Below, piece by piece: positions 19,342 to 29,028 of a DNA stretch of 64,000 nt. Origin of the DNA: Clostridia bacterium. Its GTDB lineage: Bacteria > Bacillota > Limnochordia > DTU080 > RSA5. Each line of letters begins with the position of its first letter. Within the stretch, counting starts at the first letter, position 1. Under the pieces are notes generated by a model that saw only the letters and a list, made by a program, of their open reading frames with translations, had not been told where the DNA came from and did no database searches. A program made the translations under genes and the position numbers. Location: NCBI GenBank assembly GCA_002919235.1, contig PKEX01000001.1:5289-69288 (forward strand), read 5' to 3'.

Positions 19342-19857
19342 ATGTTGAAGCGCTGGCTCATCCCGCTGCTGGTGGCGGCCGCCGTCGCCGCGGCCATCTT
19401 CTGGTTCGGAAAGAGTCCCGAAGAAGGGGCTTTCCCGGGAAACCGGATGCCGTCGTTCGCCGTCATGGACCTCCAAGGCCAGCTGGTCACCGCCGACGCC
19501 TTCGGCGGCAAGCCGCTCTTCATCAACTTCTGGGCCACCTGGTGCGAGCCGTGCCGCTACGAAATGCCCGAGATCCAGGAGCTCTACGACCAGGCGGGCG
19601 GGGCCTTCGAAGTGGTCGCGGTCTCGGACGAACCCCTGCCCACGGTCCAGCGCTACCTTGACGCGTACGGCTATACGTTCCCCGTCTTCCTCGACGTCGA
19701 CCGCAGCATGAACCAGGACTTCCTGGTCCGCGCCCTTCCCACCAGCGTCTTTGTGGACGCCCGGGGAATCATCCGCGAGGTGCACGTCGGCCAGCTCACC
19801 CGGGAGCAGATGGAGGCGTACCTGGCTCGCATCGTGCCGGGCATGGGCCGGCGGTAG
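19342..19857 (+). CDS. TlpA/ResA-like thiol:disulfide oxidoreductase
   Basis: Start MLKRWLIPLLVAAAVAAAIFWF with RBS GAGGAGG. WCEPC active site and thioredoxin fold. Divergent from ccmE. Confidence 0.85.
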   Translation: MLKRWLIPLLVAAAVAAAIFWFGKSPEEGAFPGNRMPSFAVMDLQGQLVTADAFGGKPLFINFWATWCEPCRYEMPEIQELYDQAGGAFEVVAVSDEPLPTVQRYLDAYGYTFPVFLDVDRSMNQDFLVRALPTSVFVDARGIIREVHVGQLTREQMEAYLARIVPGMGRR

Positions 19858-19926
19858 GCCCCGCCGGGGAGCGGGCTCCCGCTCGCGGCAATATGCGGTG
19901 ACATTTTCAAGAACGGGTGATCTTCT

Positions 19927-20550
19927 ATGTCGAAGAGCCGCTCCGAAAGGAATCCGAGAGCCCGCAGCGCCGGGCCCCGGCGCAGCGCCGCCGGGAGGGC
20001 GAGGGCTTCCGGTTCCGGGCCGCGCAAGGTCTCGCCGGGCACCCTCGTCGCCTTGGCAGCCATCGTCCTCGCCGTCGCGGCGCTGCTGGTCTACAGCAGC
20101 ACGCAAAACCGCCTGCACCCGGCCCTGGCCCGGGCAGTGGAACGCTATCCTTCGGAAGGCGCAAACCACGTGCCCACCGGGCAGCGGGTCGCGTACAAGA
20201 CCGATCCGCCCAACTCGGGCCCGCACTACGCCCAGTGGGCCCCGCCCGGCTTTTACGAGCGGCCCCTCCCGGACGAGCTTCTCGTCCACAACCTGGAGCA
20301 CGGGCACATCATCATCCACTACCGTCCGGACGCCCTGACGCCCGAGATCGAGCAGAAGATCCTGGCCCTCACCCGGGCGTGGACCCACCAGTGGGCGGCG
20401 GTCCTGGCCGTGCCGCGGCCTGGGATGGAGCACCCCTTCGTCCTGGCGGCGTGGCGCCACTTGCTGCGGCTCGACGCCTACGATGACGAGCTGGTCCACC
20501 TCTTCGTCGACGCCTTCATCGGCCGCGGCCCGGAGAATCCCATCCGGTAG
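19927..20550 (+). CDS. DUF3105-family membrane-anchored protein
   Basis: 207 aa. Basic N-terminus, one TM (LVALAAIVLAVAALLVY). Conserved NSGPHY...WAPPGFY...HNLEHGHIIIHY block typical of DUF3105. Confidence 0.6.
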   Translation: MSKSRSERNPRARSAGPRRSAAGRARASGSGPRKVSPGTLVALAAIVLAVAALLVYSSTQNRLHPALARAVERYPSEGANHVPTGQRVAYKTDPPNSGPHYAQWAPPGFYERPLPDELLVHNLEHGHIIIHYRPDALTPEIEQKILALTRAWTHQWAAVLAVPRPGMEHPFVLAAWRHLLRLDAYDDELVHLFVDAFIGRGPENPIR

Positions 20551-20615
20551 CGGCGAGGCCGTTCTAAAAAGGCCTCCGTTTCCCATATAGCTCCAAGGGA
20601 AACGGAGGCCTGTCT

Positions 20616-22034
20616 TTGGACCTGAGAAGACGACCGCTCGTGGCGGGCGCGGCGGCGCTCCTGCTCGCGGGCATCGCCAACCGTCTCATCGGCACGCTCT
20701 ACCGCGCGCTGCTGGTGCGCGTCGCCGGCGAGGACGTGGTAGGGCTTTTCCAGATGACCATGCCGGTCTACCGCATCGTCGCCACCCTGGCCACCGCGGG
20801 GATCCCCGTGGCCATCGCCCGGCTCAGCGCCGACGCTCTGGGGCTGCGGGACTACGCCGGGGCGCGGCGGTACATGCGGCTGGGGCTCAGCCTAACCGCG
20901 GCCACGGCGTTCCTGGCGTCGCTGTTCCTCTTCCTGACCCACCGGCTCTGGGCGTACACGGTGATGACCGACTCCCGCACCGCCGCCGCCCTGGCCGTCC
21001 TGCCCCTGCTCCTCTTTCCCGCTGCCCTCTCCTCTTCGCTCAGGGGCGTGCTGCAGGGGCAGGAGCGCCTGGCCCCCGTGGCGTTCTCCAGTTTCGCCGA
21101 AGCCGCCAGCCGGGTGCCGGTGGTGCTGCTCCTGGCCGCCCTCCTCCTGCCCCTGGGCCCCGGCTGGGCCGCCGCCGGAATCGCCCTGGGCTTTGTGGCA
21201 GGCGAGGCCGTCTCCGTGGCCTACCTGGCCCGGGCCGTGCGGGGAAGCTGGGGCGGTCCGCCCCGTCCCGGCGCCCGGCACACGGCCGCGCGCCCCGGCC
21301 CCGCCTCCCCCCTGGCCCTCCGGCTCACCCAGGCCTTCGTCCCTTTCTGGACGGCGGCCTATCGGCCTCTGGTGCGCCGGCTGGCCGTCCTCGCCGCGCC
21401 CGTGCTCCTGTCCGGCGTGGTCAACGGCATTCTCGGCATGATCAACGTGACGGTGATTCCCCGCCAGCTCATCGCGGCGGGGTACGCCCCCGCCGAAGCC
21501 ACCGTCCTGTACGGCCGCCTGTTCGGCATGGCGCTCCCCGCCCTCTACATGCCCATGGTGGCGGTGCACCCGCTGGTGCACGCCAGCATCCCGGCGGTCG
21601 CCAAGCGGCTTGCCGAACGGCGCACCGGCGCGGTGGCCCGCCTCCTCTTCCAGTGCCTGGCGGCGGCCGCAGCGGTGGCGGCCGCCGCCTCCTTCGCCTT
21701 TTGGCGGTACGGGGAGGAAGTGGGCGCCCTCCTCTACGGCGTCGACTCCCTCGGGCCCCTCATCACCCCGCTGGCCTTTGCCGCGCCCTTCACGTACCTG
21801 GGCCACATCGCCTCCGGCATCCTTTACGGGCTGGGCCGCACGGGCATTGTCATGGTGAACGCCGCGGCCGGCAGCGCCCTGCGCCTGATCCTCATCTACC
21901 TGCTGGCCGGCGATCCCCGGTGGGGCATCGTCGGCGCGTTGTGGGCGGTGATCGCCGACTTCGCCCTCACGGCCGCGCTGGATCTCGGCGCCCTGGCCGT
22001 CCTGGTCCCCCGGGAGCTGAGGCGGCGGCGCTAA
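20616..22034 (+). CDS. MOP-superfamily polysaccharide biosynthesis / flippase-like membrane protein (Wzx/MurJ/SpoVB-type)
   Basis: 472 aa, about 12-14 predicted TM helices, Gly/Ala-rich hydrophobic segments. TTG start. Family assignment from overall architecture only. Confidence 0.6.
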   Translation: MDLRRRPLVAGAAALLLAGIANRLIGTLYRALLVRVAGEDVVGLFQMTMPVYRIVATLATAGIPVAIARLSADALGLRDYAGARRYMRLGLSLTAATAFLASLFLFLTHRLWAYTVMTDSRTAAALAVLPLLLFPAALSSSLRGVLQGQERLAPVAFSSFAEAASRVPVVLLLAALLLPLGPGWAAAGIALGFVAGEAVSVAYLARAVRGSWGGPPRPGARHTAARPGPASPLALRLTQAFVPFWTAAYRPLVRRLAVLAAPVLLSGVVNGILGMINVTVIPRQLIAAGYAPAEATVLYGRLFGMALPALYMPMVAVHPLVHASIPAVAKRLAERRTGAVARLLFQCLAAAAAVAAAASFAFWRYGEEVGALLYGVDSLGPLITPLAFAAPFTYLGHIASGILYGLGRTGIVMVNAAAGSALRLILIYLLAGDPRWGIVGALWAVIADFALTAALDLGALAVLVPRELRRRR

Positions 22035-22035
22035 T

Positions 22036-23139
22036 TTACGGATCCAGTTCGCCCAGGGGTAGGCCCTCCGGCAGCGGCGCCGGCCGTTCGCACCCGCTCT
22101 CCAGCACGATGTGCCTCCCCTGGGTCGAGGCCTCTTCAAAGGCGTGCATGATGTCGAGGACGTGGTAGGCCAGCTCGCCGTTGGCCCGGTGGGGACGGCC
22201 TGTGCGGAGGGCGTACGCCATGTCGGCGATGCCGAGTCCCCGGCAGTTGTCGCTGTAGCCGTGGGTGAGCGGCACCTCCTGCCACTCCCAGGAGCCTTTC
22301 TTGCGGACCCGCACCGGGCCGCCGAACAGGTTGGGGTCGGGCGCGCTCAAGGTGCCCTCCGTCCCGTAAATCTCGATGTGGGGCACGTTTCCTCCCCACA
22401 CGTCAAAGCTGGTAACGATGGTGCCGATGGCCCCGTTGGCGAAGTCCATCACACCGGCGATGTGGGTGGGCGTCTCCACGGTGATCTTCTGCCCGTACTT
22501 GGGCTTGCTCAGGATGGTCCGCTCCGGATACGTGATGCGGGTCGAGCCCGTCACCCGCCTGACCGGGCCGATGAGGTTCACCAGGGCGGTGAGGTAGTAC
22601 GGGCCCATGTCGAACATGGGGCCGCCCCCGCGCTTATAGTAGAACACGGGGTCGGGATGCCAGAATTCGTGGCCGGGGATGAGCATGAAGGCGCTGGCTC
22701 CCACCGGTTCGCCGATCCATCCCTCGTCGATCAGCTTGCGGCAGGTCTGAAGCCCGGCGCCCAAAAAGGTGTCGGGAGCCGCTCCCACCAGCACCCCGCG
22801 CTCCTTCGCCTCCTTCAGCAGCAGCTTGGCTTCGTCCCGCTCCACGGTCAGGGGCTTTTCGTTGTAGACGCTCTTGCCGGCGCGGACCGCCCGCAAGGCC
22901 ACTTCGGCGTGAGCCTGGGGAACCGTCAGGTTGACGACCAGTTCGATGCTGGGATCGGCCAGCAGCTCATCGACGGTGCACGCCTTGGGGACGCCGAACT
23001 CCTCCGCCCTCGCTTTCGCCCGTTCCAACACCAGGTCGGCGCAGGCGACCACTTCGATCATTTTCAAAGTGCGGGCGTTCTTGAGATAGATGCCGCTGAT
23101 GGCACCGCATCCGACGATGCCGACTTTGACAGGTTCCAC
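22036..23139 (-). CDS. Gfo/Idh/MocA-family NAD(P)-dependent oxidoreductase
   Basis: 367 aa. N-terminal Rossmann [15 protein letters not shown] and a C-terminal alpha/beta domain. Confidence 0.85.
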   Translation of the reverse strand: MEPVKVGIVGCGAISGIYLKNARTLKMIEVVACADLVLERAKARAEEFGVPKACTVDELLADPSIELVVNLTVPQAHAEVALRAVRAGKSVYNEKPLTVERDEAKLLLKEAKERGVLVGAAPDTFLGAGLQTCRKLIDEGWIGEPVGASAFMLIPGHEFWHPDPVFYYKRGGGPMFDMGPYYLTALVNLIGPVRRVTGSTRITYPERTILSKPKYGQKITVETPTHIAGVMDFANGAIGTIVTSFDVWGGNVPHIEIYGTEGTLSAPDPNLFGGPVRVRKKGSWEWQEVPLTHGYSDNCRGLGIADMAYALRTGRPHRANGELAYHVLDIMHAFEEASTQGRHIVLESGCERPAPLPEGLPLGELDP

Positions 23140-23219
23140 TGCGTCATGGTCCCTCCTGGAAACCTCTACTCCGCACTTCTACCCCGTGGTTTCCGCTGCG
23201 ACTCGATGCGACTACATCC

Positions 23220-26042
23220 CTATTTGGCCTCCATCCAGTCCTTGCCGATTCCCGCTTCCGCCTTCAGCGGCACTTTAAGGCTCATGGCCTGCTCCATTCC
23301 TTCCACCACCAGGGCGGCGCACTCTTCCGCCCTCTCTTCGGGCGCTTCAAAGATCAGCTCGTCGTGGATCTGGAGGAGGAGCTTGAGCGGATGGCCTTCC
23401 CGGTCGATCCGGTCCTGGATCTTGACCATGGCCACCTTGATCAGGTCCGCCGCGCTCCCCTGCACCACGGTGTTGATCGCGAGCCGCTCGCCCAGGGCGC
23501 GGCGGGGACGGCTGCTCGAGCGGATTTCGGGGATCGCCCGTCTCCTGCCCAGAATGGTGGTGACGTAGCCGTACTCTTTCGCCTGCTGGACGCACTGCTG
23601 CAGGAACCGGTCGATGCCGGGAAAGCGCCGCTTGTAATCCTCGATGAGCTCCGCCGCCCGACGCACGTCCAGCCCTTCGATGCGGCGCGAAAGGCCGTAC
23701 GGCGTGATGCCGTAGATGATGCCGAAGTTGATCACTTTCGCGTACGCCCGCTGCTCCCGGGTGACCTGGTCGATGCCGACGCCGAACACCTGGGACGCCA
23801 CCGCGGCGTGGATGTCCAGCCCCTGCTCGAACGCCTCGATCAACCCCGGGTCTTCGCTGAGATGGGCGAGGATCCGCAGCTCGATTTGGGAGTAGTCCGC
23901 GGCGATGAGCACGTGGCCCGGCGGCGCCACGAAGGCCTTGCGGATCTGCCGCCCCACATCGGTGCGGACCGGGATGTTCTGCATGTTGGGGTTTTGCGAG
24001 GCGAGCCGGCCCGTGGCCGTCACCAGCTGGTGAAAGGTGGAGTGGATCCGGCCTGTCTTGGGGTTGATGGACTCCCGCAGGTTGCCCAGGTAGGTGTTGA
24101 TCAGCTTCGAAAGCTGGCGGTACTCGATCAAGAGGCCCGGAACCAGGGTCTTGGGGTCGTTCTTGTCCTCTTCCGCGGCCAGCTTGGTCAGGACCTCGAT
24201 GTCCGTGGAGTACCCCGTCTTGGTCCGCTTGCCGGCGGGGAGGCCCAGCTTTTCAAAGAGCACTTCCCCCAGCTGCTTGGGGGAGTCCAGGTTGAACTCG
24301 CCGCCGGCGTACTCGAAGATCCGGGCCTTCAGCTCCTCGACCCGCCGTGACAGCTCCTCGCCCTGGCGCGCCAGCTCGCCGGGGTCGCACATGATCCCGT
24401 TCTGCTCCATCCGGGCGATGACCACCGAAAGCGGCGCCTCCACCTGGCAGAGGAGCTCCTCCATCCCCGCCTCGCGGATGCGGGGCATCAGCGCGTGGTA
24501 GAGGCGGAGGGCGATGTCGGCGTCCTCCCCGGCGTACTCCACCACCTGGTCCAGCGGCACGCAGTCGATGGAGAGCGGGGCTTGTCCTCCCTCCTCCTCC
24601 TCGCCGCCGATCAGCGAGCCGATGGGGATCATCCGGTAGCCCAGGACGTCCAGGGCCAGCTGGTCCAGCTTGTGCCCGGCCTTGGCCGGATCCAGCAGGA
24701 TGCTGGCCAACATCGAGTCAAAGACCACGCCCCGCAAAACGATCCCGTAGTTCCCCAGGATGCGGGCGTCAAACTTGATGTTGTGGCCGCACTTCTTGAC
24801 GGCCGGGTCCTCCAGCACCTCCTTGAGCGCGCTCAGGACGGCATCCTGGCTCAAGTGCGCCCCGGGCTCCGGGGAGCGCACCGGGACGTAGACGCCGTGT
24901 CCCGGCTTCCAGGCGAAGCTGAGGCCGCACAGCTCGGCGTCGGGGCCGAGGCCCGTCGTCTCGGTGTCGACGGCGATCAGCTCCTGCTCCTTGAGGGTGC
25001 GCACCAGCTCCTCCAGCTGGCGCTCGGTGGTGACCGCTTCGTACACCCCGCGCGCGTGCTCGCCCCCGGCGGCCTCCCCCGGAGACCCTGCGGCCTCCTC
25101 CGGAGCGGCCGCCCCGCCGGCCGCGGCCTCCGCCGCCACCGCCGCCGCTTCGTCGTCCACGACGCCCAGCTCCCGGGCGATGCGGCGGACGTCCTCCTGG
25201 TAGCGGCGAAAGCCCAGCTGCTGGAAGAGGGCGACCACCTTGCGCAGGTGGATCCCCCTGACCCGCGCCGCCTCCAGCGAGAAGTCGAAAGCCCCGTCCC
25301 GCTTCAGCCGGACCAGCTCGCGGGAGAGTTCCAGCTGCTCCCGGGCGGCCTCCAGGTTCTCCCGGCGCTTCCCCTTGATCTTGTCCAGGTTGGCGTAGAT
25401 CCCCTCGATGGAGCCGAACTCCTGGATGAGGCTGGCGGCGGTCTTGGCCCCGATGCCCGGCACGCCCGGCACGTTGTCCACCGAGTCGCCCATCAAGGCC
25501 AGGACGTCCACCACCTGTTCGGGCGTGATGCCCTTGGTGGCCTTGAGCGTTTCGACGTCGATCTCCTCGTCCTTGTGGATGTCGTACATCGTCACCCGCT
25601 CGCCCAGCAGCTGCTCCAGGTCCTTGTCGCGGGAGACGATGCGGACGTGCACGTCGGCATACTCCGGATTGTCCAGCACCTTCTGGGTGATGGTCGCGAT
25701 GACGTCGTCGGCCTCAAGCCCCGGGTGGGAGACGGCCGGGATGCCGAAGGCGTCGATGAGCTCCAGCACCCGGGGGATCTGGACGATCAGATCCTGGGGC
25801 GTCGCCTCCCGGGTGGCCTTGTATTCGGCATAGATCTCGTCACGGAAGGTCTTTCCGGGCCCGTCGATGGCCACCGCGACGTAGTCCGGTTTGAGCTGGG
25901 TAAAGAGCTTGATCAGCATGCCGGTGAAGCCGAAGACCGCATGGGTGGGCTCGCCGGTCACCGGGCTCTGCATCCCGCCCCGGATCGCGTAGTAGGCCCG
26001 GAAGATCTGGCCGTAGCCGTCGATGAGGTACAGGTATTTCGG
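23220..26042 (-). CDS. polA: DNA polymerase I
   Basis: 5'-3' exonuclease N-terminus (KYLYLIDGYGQIFRAYYA), 3'-5' exonuclease region, polymerase motifs (DYSQIELR, KVINFGIIYG, QIHDELIFE). Start set at GTG (V)PKYLYL preceded by GGAGAGGGG; the track ORF starts 21 nt further upstream. Confidence 0.9.
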   Translation of the reverse strand, partial: PKYLYLIDGYGQIFRAYYAIRGGMQSPVTGEPTHAVFGFTGMLIKLFTQLKPDYVAVAIDGPGKTFRDEIYAEYKATREATPQDLIVQIPRVLELIDAFGIPAVSHPGLEADDVIATITQKVLDNPEYADVHVRIVSRDKDLEQLLGERVTMYDIHKDEEIDVETLKATKGITPEQVVDVLALMGDSVDNVPGVPGIGAKTAASLIQEFGSIEGIYANLDKIKGKRRENLEAAREQLELSRELVRLKRDGAFDFSLEAARVRGIHLRKVVALFQQLGFRRYQEDVRRIARELGVVDDEAAAVAAEAAAGGAAAPEEAAGSPGEAAGGEHARGVYEAVTTERQLEELVRTLKEQELIAVDTETTGLGPDAELCGLSFAWKPGHGVYVPVRSPEPGAHLSQDAVLSALKEVLEDPAVKKCGHNIKFDARILGNYGIVLRGVVFDSMLASILLDPAKAGHKLDQLALDVLGYRMIPIGSLIGGEEEEGGQAPLSIDCVPLDQVVEYAGEDADIALRLYHALMPRIREAGMEELLCQVEAPLSVVIARMEQNGIMCDPGELARQGEELSRRVEELKARIFEYAGGEFNLDSPKQLGEVLFEKLGLPAGKRTKTGYSTDIEVLTKLAAEEDKNDPKTLVPGLLIEYRQLSKLINTYLGNLRESINPKTGRIHSTFHQLVTATGRLASQNPNMQNIPVRTDVGRQIRKAFVAPPGHVLIAADYSQIELRILAHLSEDPGLIEAFEQGLDIHAAVASQVFGVGIDQVTREQRAYAKVINFGIIYGITPYGLSRRIEGLDVRRAAELIEDYKRRFPGIDRFLQQCVQQAKEYGYVTTILGRRRAIPEIRSSSRPRRALGERLAINTVVQGSAADLIKVAMVKIQDRIDREGHPLKLLLQIHDELIFEAPEERAEECAALVVEGMEQAMSLKVPLKAEAGIGKDWMEAK

Positions 26043-26097
26043 CACGATGTCCCCTCTCCCCACGGGCGCTGCCTGTCCCGAGCCGCGCCGCCGTATT

Positions 26098-27024
26098 TCA
26101 GACCAGCCGGCGCAGCAGCTCCTCGCGGTCGCCGTAGAGGAAGTCGATGATAGGCACTTCCACCATGGTGTAGGCGCCCGGCGCCTGCCGCACCGCCGCC
26201 CGGGCGGCCGCCACCATCACCTGCGAGGTGAGCGCTGGGTTGTTGATCCGCATCTCGAAGGTGAAGAGCTGGTTGTGGGTCCGGCCCGAGACCCCTTTCC
26301 GCTCCATGCGCACCCCGTGGCCCATGTCGATGAGGTCGGCCACCCGGGGCACCGCCACCACCCGGGTCTCGTCGTACTTGAAGTAGGGGTCCTCGAGGAT
26401 GCTCTGCCTCACCTGATCGAGGGAGGCGCCCTCTTCCAGCTCCACGTAGACCAGCCGCCGGTGCACGCCCTGCCCCGCGGGGATCGTCATGGACAAGGCG
26501 TCCCGCACCCCGGGCACGGCCTTGGCCGCCACCGAGTGGCCCATGCTCATCCCGGGCCCGAAGTTGGTGTAGGTGACGCCCTTGGGGGCCATAAACTCCA
26601 GCATCGCCCGGATCATGGAGTCGGTGCCGGGATCCCACCCGGCGGCGATGATGGCCACCGCCCCCGCGCGGCGGGCCACTTCGTCCAGCCGGCGCCTGAC
26701 GTCCACCAGCTCTCCGTGGATGTCGTAGGAGTCGACCGTGCGGATCCCCCTTGCCAAATACGCTTCCGCCAGCCGCGGCACGGAGCGGGTGGGGGTGCAG
26801 AGCAGGGCGACGTCCACCTTCCCCAGCTCCGCGACGTCTTTGGCCACGGGAATTTCGGGATCGAGCCCCCGCGGGCGCTCTCCGCTTCGTCTCACCAGCC
26901 CGGCCAGCTCGCAGTCGGGCGCCTCCAGCACCGCGTCGACGGCAAAGCGCCCGACGTTTCCGTATCCCACCACGGCAACCCGGATCGGATCGCCCACGCT
27001 CTCTACCCCTTTCATCGCCAGCAT
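26098..27024 (-). CDS. ddh: meso-diaminopimelate D-dehydrogenase
   Basis: [13 protein letters not shown] Rossmann motif. GWDPG and [10 protein letters not shown] blocks match Ddh. Start among M10/M13 of the track ORF is uncertain. Confidence 0.8.
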   Translation of the reverse strand: MLAMKGVESVGDPIRVAVVGYGNVGRFAVDAVLEAPDCELAGLVRRSGERPRGLDPEIPVAKDVAELGKVDVALLCTPTRSVPRLAEAYLARGIRTVDSYDIHGELVDVRRRLDEVARRAGAVAIIAAGWDPGTDSMIRAMLEFMAPKGVTYTNFGPGMSMGHSVAAKAVPGVRDALSMTIPAGQGVHRRLVYVELEEGASLDQVRQSILEDPYFKYDETRVVAVPRVADLIDMGHGVRMERKGVSGRTHNQLFTFEMRINNPALTSQVMVAAARAAVRQAPGAYTMVEVPIIDFLYGDREELLRRLV

Positions 27025-27203
27025 AGCACCCCAATGGGACACCCAACCCATTCAGCTACGGGGGAAACGATTCCTCCTCAAACTCCAGGGACGACCCGGG
27101 CCGAGCAGGAGCAGGGACTTTCGCACGGTACAGTATTCATGGCCAAACCTCGTCACCGCTCCACGCGGCGAGGATCTTCACCAGGGAAAGGCGGCGGCAA
27201 CCC

Positions 27204-28226
27204 ATGCGCATGGTCCAGGTGGGCGTCCTGGGGATGGGGAAATGGTGGGTGCAGGTGGGCCTCAGCTCCCCGGACGTGGAAGTGGCAGGCTACGTCGACA
27301 TCAACCCCGGCCACCTGAAGGTGATCCAAGAGGAGTTCGGCATTGCTCCTTCCCGGTGCTACGTCGACTTTGACCGGGCCCTCAAAGAGCTCAAGCCGGA
27401 CGCGGTGCTGATCGTGACGCCGCCCGAGTTTCACGAGCCCTTGGCCGTCAAGGCGATGGAGGCCGGCTGCCACGTGCTCACCGAAAAGCCGCTGGCGGAC
27501 ACGTGGGAGGCCTGCCTGCGGACCGTCGAGGCGGTCCGCCGCACCGGGCGGATCATGATGGTGGCGCAAAACTACCGCTACCGGCCGCCGGTCCAAACCT
27601 TGAGAAACGCCCTGGCTTCGGGCCAGTTCGGCGCGCCCGGCCAGGTGCTGGTCCACTTCACCCGCGGTCCCCGCTTCGGGGGCTTCCGCGAGGAGATGCC
27701 GTATCCCCTCATCATCGACATGGCCATCCACCACTACGACCTGATGCGCTACATTCTCGACGCCGACCCCGTGCGCCTGACGGCCTTCTCCTGGAACCCG
27801 CCGTGGAGCTGGTACCGGGGCGACGCCTCCTCGGTGAGCCGGATCGAGATGATCCCCCGCTCAAAGCCCGCCTCCGGCCAAGTCCACCCCATCCACGTCA
27901 CCTACCACGCGAGCTGGTGCACCCGGGGCGGGGCCACGTCCTGGAACGGGCACTGGATGATCTACTGCGAACACGGCTACCTCGAGATGGTGGACGACCG
28001 GGTCTACGTCCAGCGATCCGACGACTCGCCGAAGGAGCCGCTTCCCGTGGAGCCGATGCCCCTCACCGACCAGGCCTACCTGCTGCGGGCCTTCGCCGAG
28101 GCGGTGCGGGACGGCCGCCCGCCCGAGACCCGCGCCGAGGACAACCTGCGCTCGATCGAAATGGTGTTCCGCACCGTGGAAAGCTGCGAGACGGGCCGTA
28201 CGGTCCGGCTGACCGGCGGCGCGTGA
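27204..28226 (+). CDS. Gfo/Idh/MocA-family oxidoreductase
   Basis: 340 aa. N-terminal NAD-binding (VQVGVLGMGKWW), EKP motif (TEKPLA), C-terminal dimerisation domain. Confidence 0.85.
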   Translation: MRMVQVGVLGMGKWWVQVGLSSPDVEVAGYVDINPGHLKVIQEEFGIAPSRCYVDFDRALKELKPDAVLIVTPPEFHEPLAVKAMEAGCHVLTEKPLADTWEACLRTVEAVRRTGRIMMVAQNYRYRPPVQTLRNALASGQFGAPGQVLVHFTRGPRFGGFREEMPYPLIIDMAIHHYDLMRYILDADPVRLTAFSWNPPWSWYRGDASSVSRIEMIPRSKPASGQVHPIHVTYHASWCTRGGATSWNGHWMIYCEHGYLEMVDDRVYVQRSDDSPKEPLPVEPMPLTDQAYLLRAFAEAVRDGRPPETRAEDNLRSIEMVFRTVESCETGRTVRLTGGA

Positions 28227-28253
28227 CAAAACGGCGCCCGAGCAGGGCGCCGC

Positions 28254-28484
28254 TCACCAGCCGCAGCAGAGGGACCGCGCGCAGCGCTTCCGCCTGAGCC
28301 GCGCGAGGCGCCGGCCCACGTCCCGGAGCGTCGCGATTTCGTCGGTCAGCTCCTCTTCCACCCAGACGCTGCCGGTCCGCTCCCGGGCGCAGCGGAGCGC
28401 CCCGACGGCCTTCGCCAGATGGCAGACGGCTCTCTTCATGCTGCGGCAAAAGCGCCGCTTCCTCCGCCGGCATTTCTTTCCCAC
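28254..28484 (-). CDS. Hypothetical small Cys/Arg-rich protein (~76 aa). Weakly supported.
   Basis: ORF 28254..28508. A GTG with GGGGAGGGA 6 nt upstream gives VGKKCRRRKRRFCRS...RKRCARSLCCGW, 8 Cys and very basic. No recognised domain. Confidence 0.25.
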   Translation of the reverse strand: MGKKCRRRKRRFCRSMKRAVCHLAKAVGALRCARERTGSVWVEEELTDEIATLRDVGRRLARLRRKRCARSLCCGW

Positions 28485-28605
28485 GGCACTCCCTCCCCGG
28501 CTGCACACCCTACGGCGAAAGCGCCGCCGGGGTTATAGGATCGCTTTCCCAAATCGCTGGGCCGAGTATCCCGCGCTTCGCTTTCCCATCCTAGGGCTGG
28601 GAGGA

Positions 28606-29001
28606 ATGATGATGCTTGGACGGCGAGGATCGTGCCTTTTGCGCTGGGCCTTGATCGGCTTGAGCGTGGCGGTGCTGGCGGGATGCGGGGGAGGCGCCGG
28701 AGGCCGGGACCAGGGCAGGGCCGGCGAAGGCCGGGAGATCACCGTGGCCAGCGGCGACAACTGGTTTGACCCCCGGGAGCTGGAGGTCCGCCGCGGCGAG
28801 ACGGTGACGCTGGTGGTCTCCAACGACGGCGCCCTGGTCCACAACATCTCCATCGACGAGTTCGGCGTCAAAAGAGATTACCGCCCGGGCGAGACCGTCC
28901 GCGTGACGTTTACGGCCGATCGGGCGGGCGAGTTCGAGTTCTACTGCGACGAGCCGGGCCACCGGGAAGCAGGCATGGTCGGGGTCCTGCGGGTGCGGTA
29001 G
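28606..29001 (+). CDS. Cupredoxin (type-1 blue copper) lipoprotein
   Basis: Start MMMLGRRGSCLLRWALIGLSVAVLAGC (lipobox LAGC) with RBS GGGAGGA. Ligand set His (LVHNIS), FYCDEPGH and Met (AGMVG) typical of plastocyanin/halocyanin-like cupredoxins. Confidence 0.7.
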   Translation: MMMLGRRGSCLLRWALIGLSVAVLAGCGGGAGGRDQGRAGEGREITVASGDNWFDPRELEVRRGETVTLVVSNDGALVHNISIDEFGVKRDYRPGETVRVTFTADRAGEFEFYCDEPGHREAGMVGVLRVR

Positions 29002-29028
29002 CCCTCGGCAGGAGCGGCCCCTCTTGGC

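Noticed and set aside
28063-28506. 147-aa minus-strand ORF overlapping the end of the Gfo/Idh/MocA gene
   Set aside because: Overlaps a confidently called gene on the opposite strand. Arg/Pro/Gly-rich artefact.
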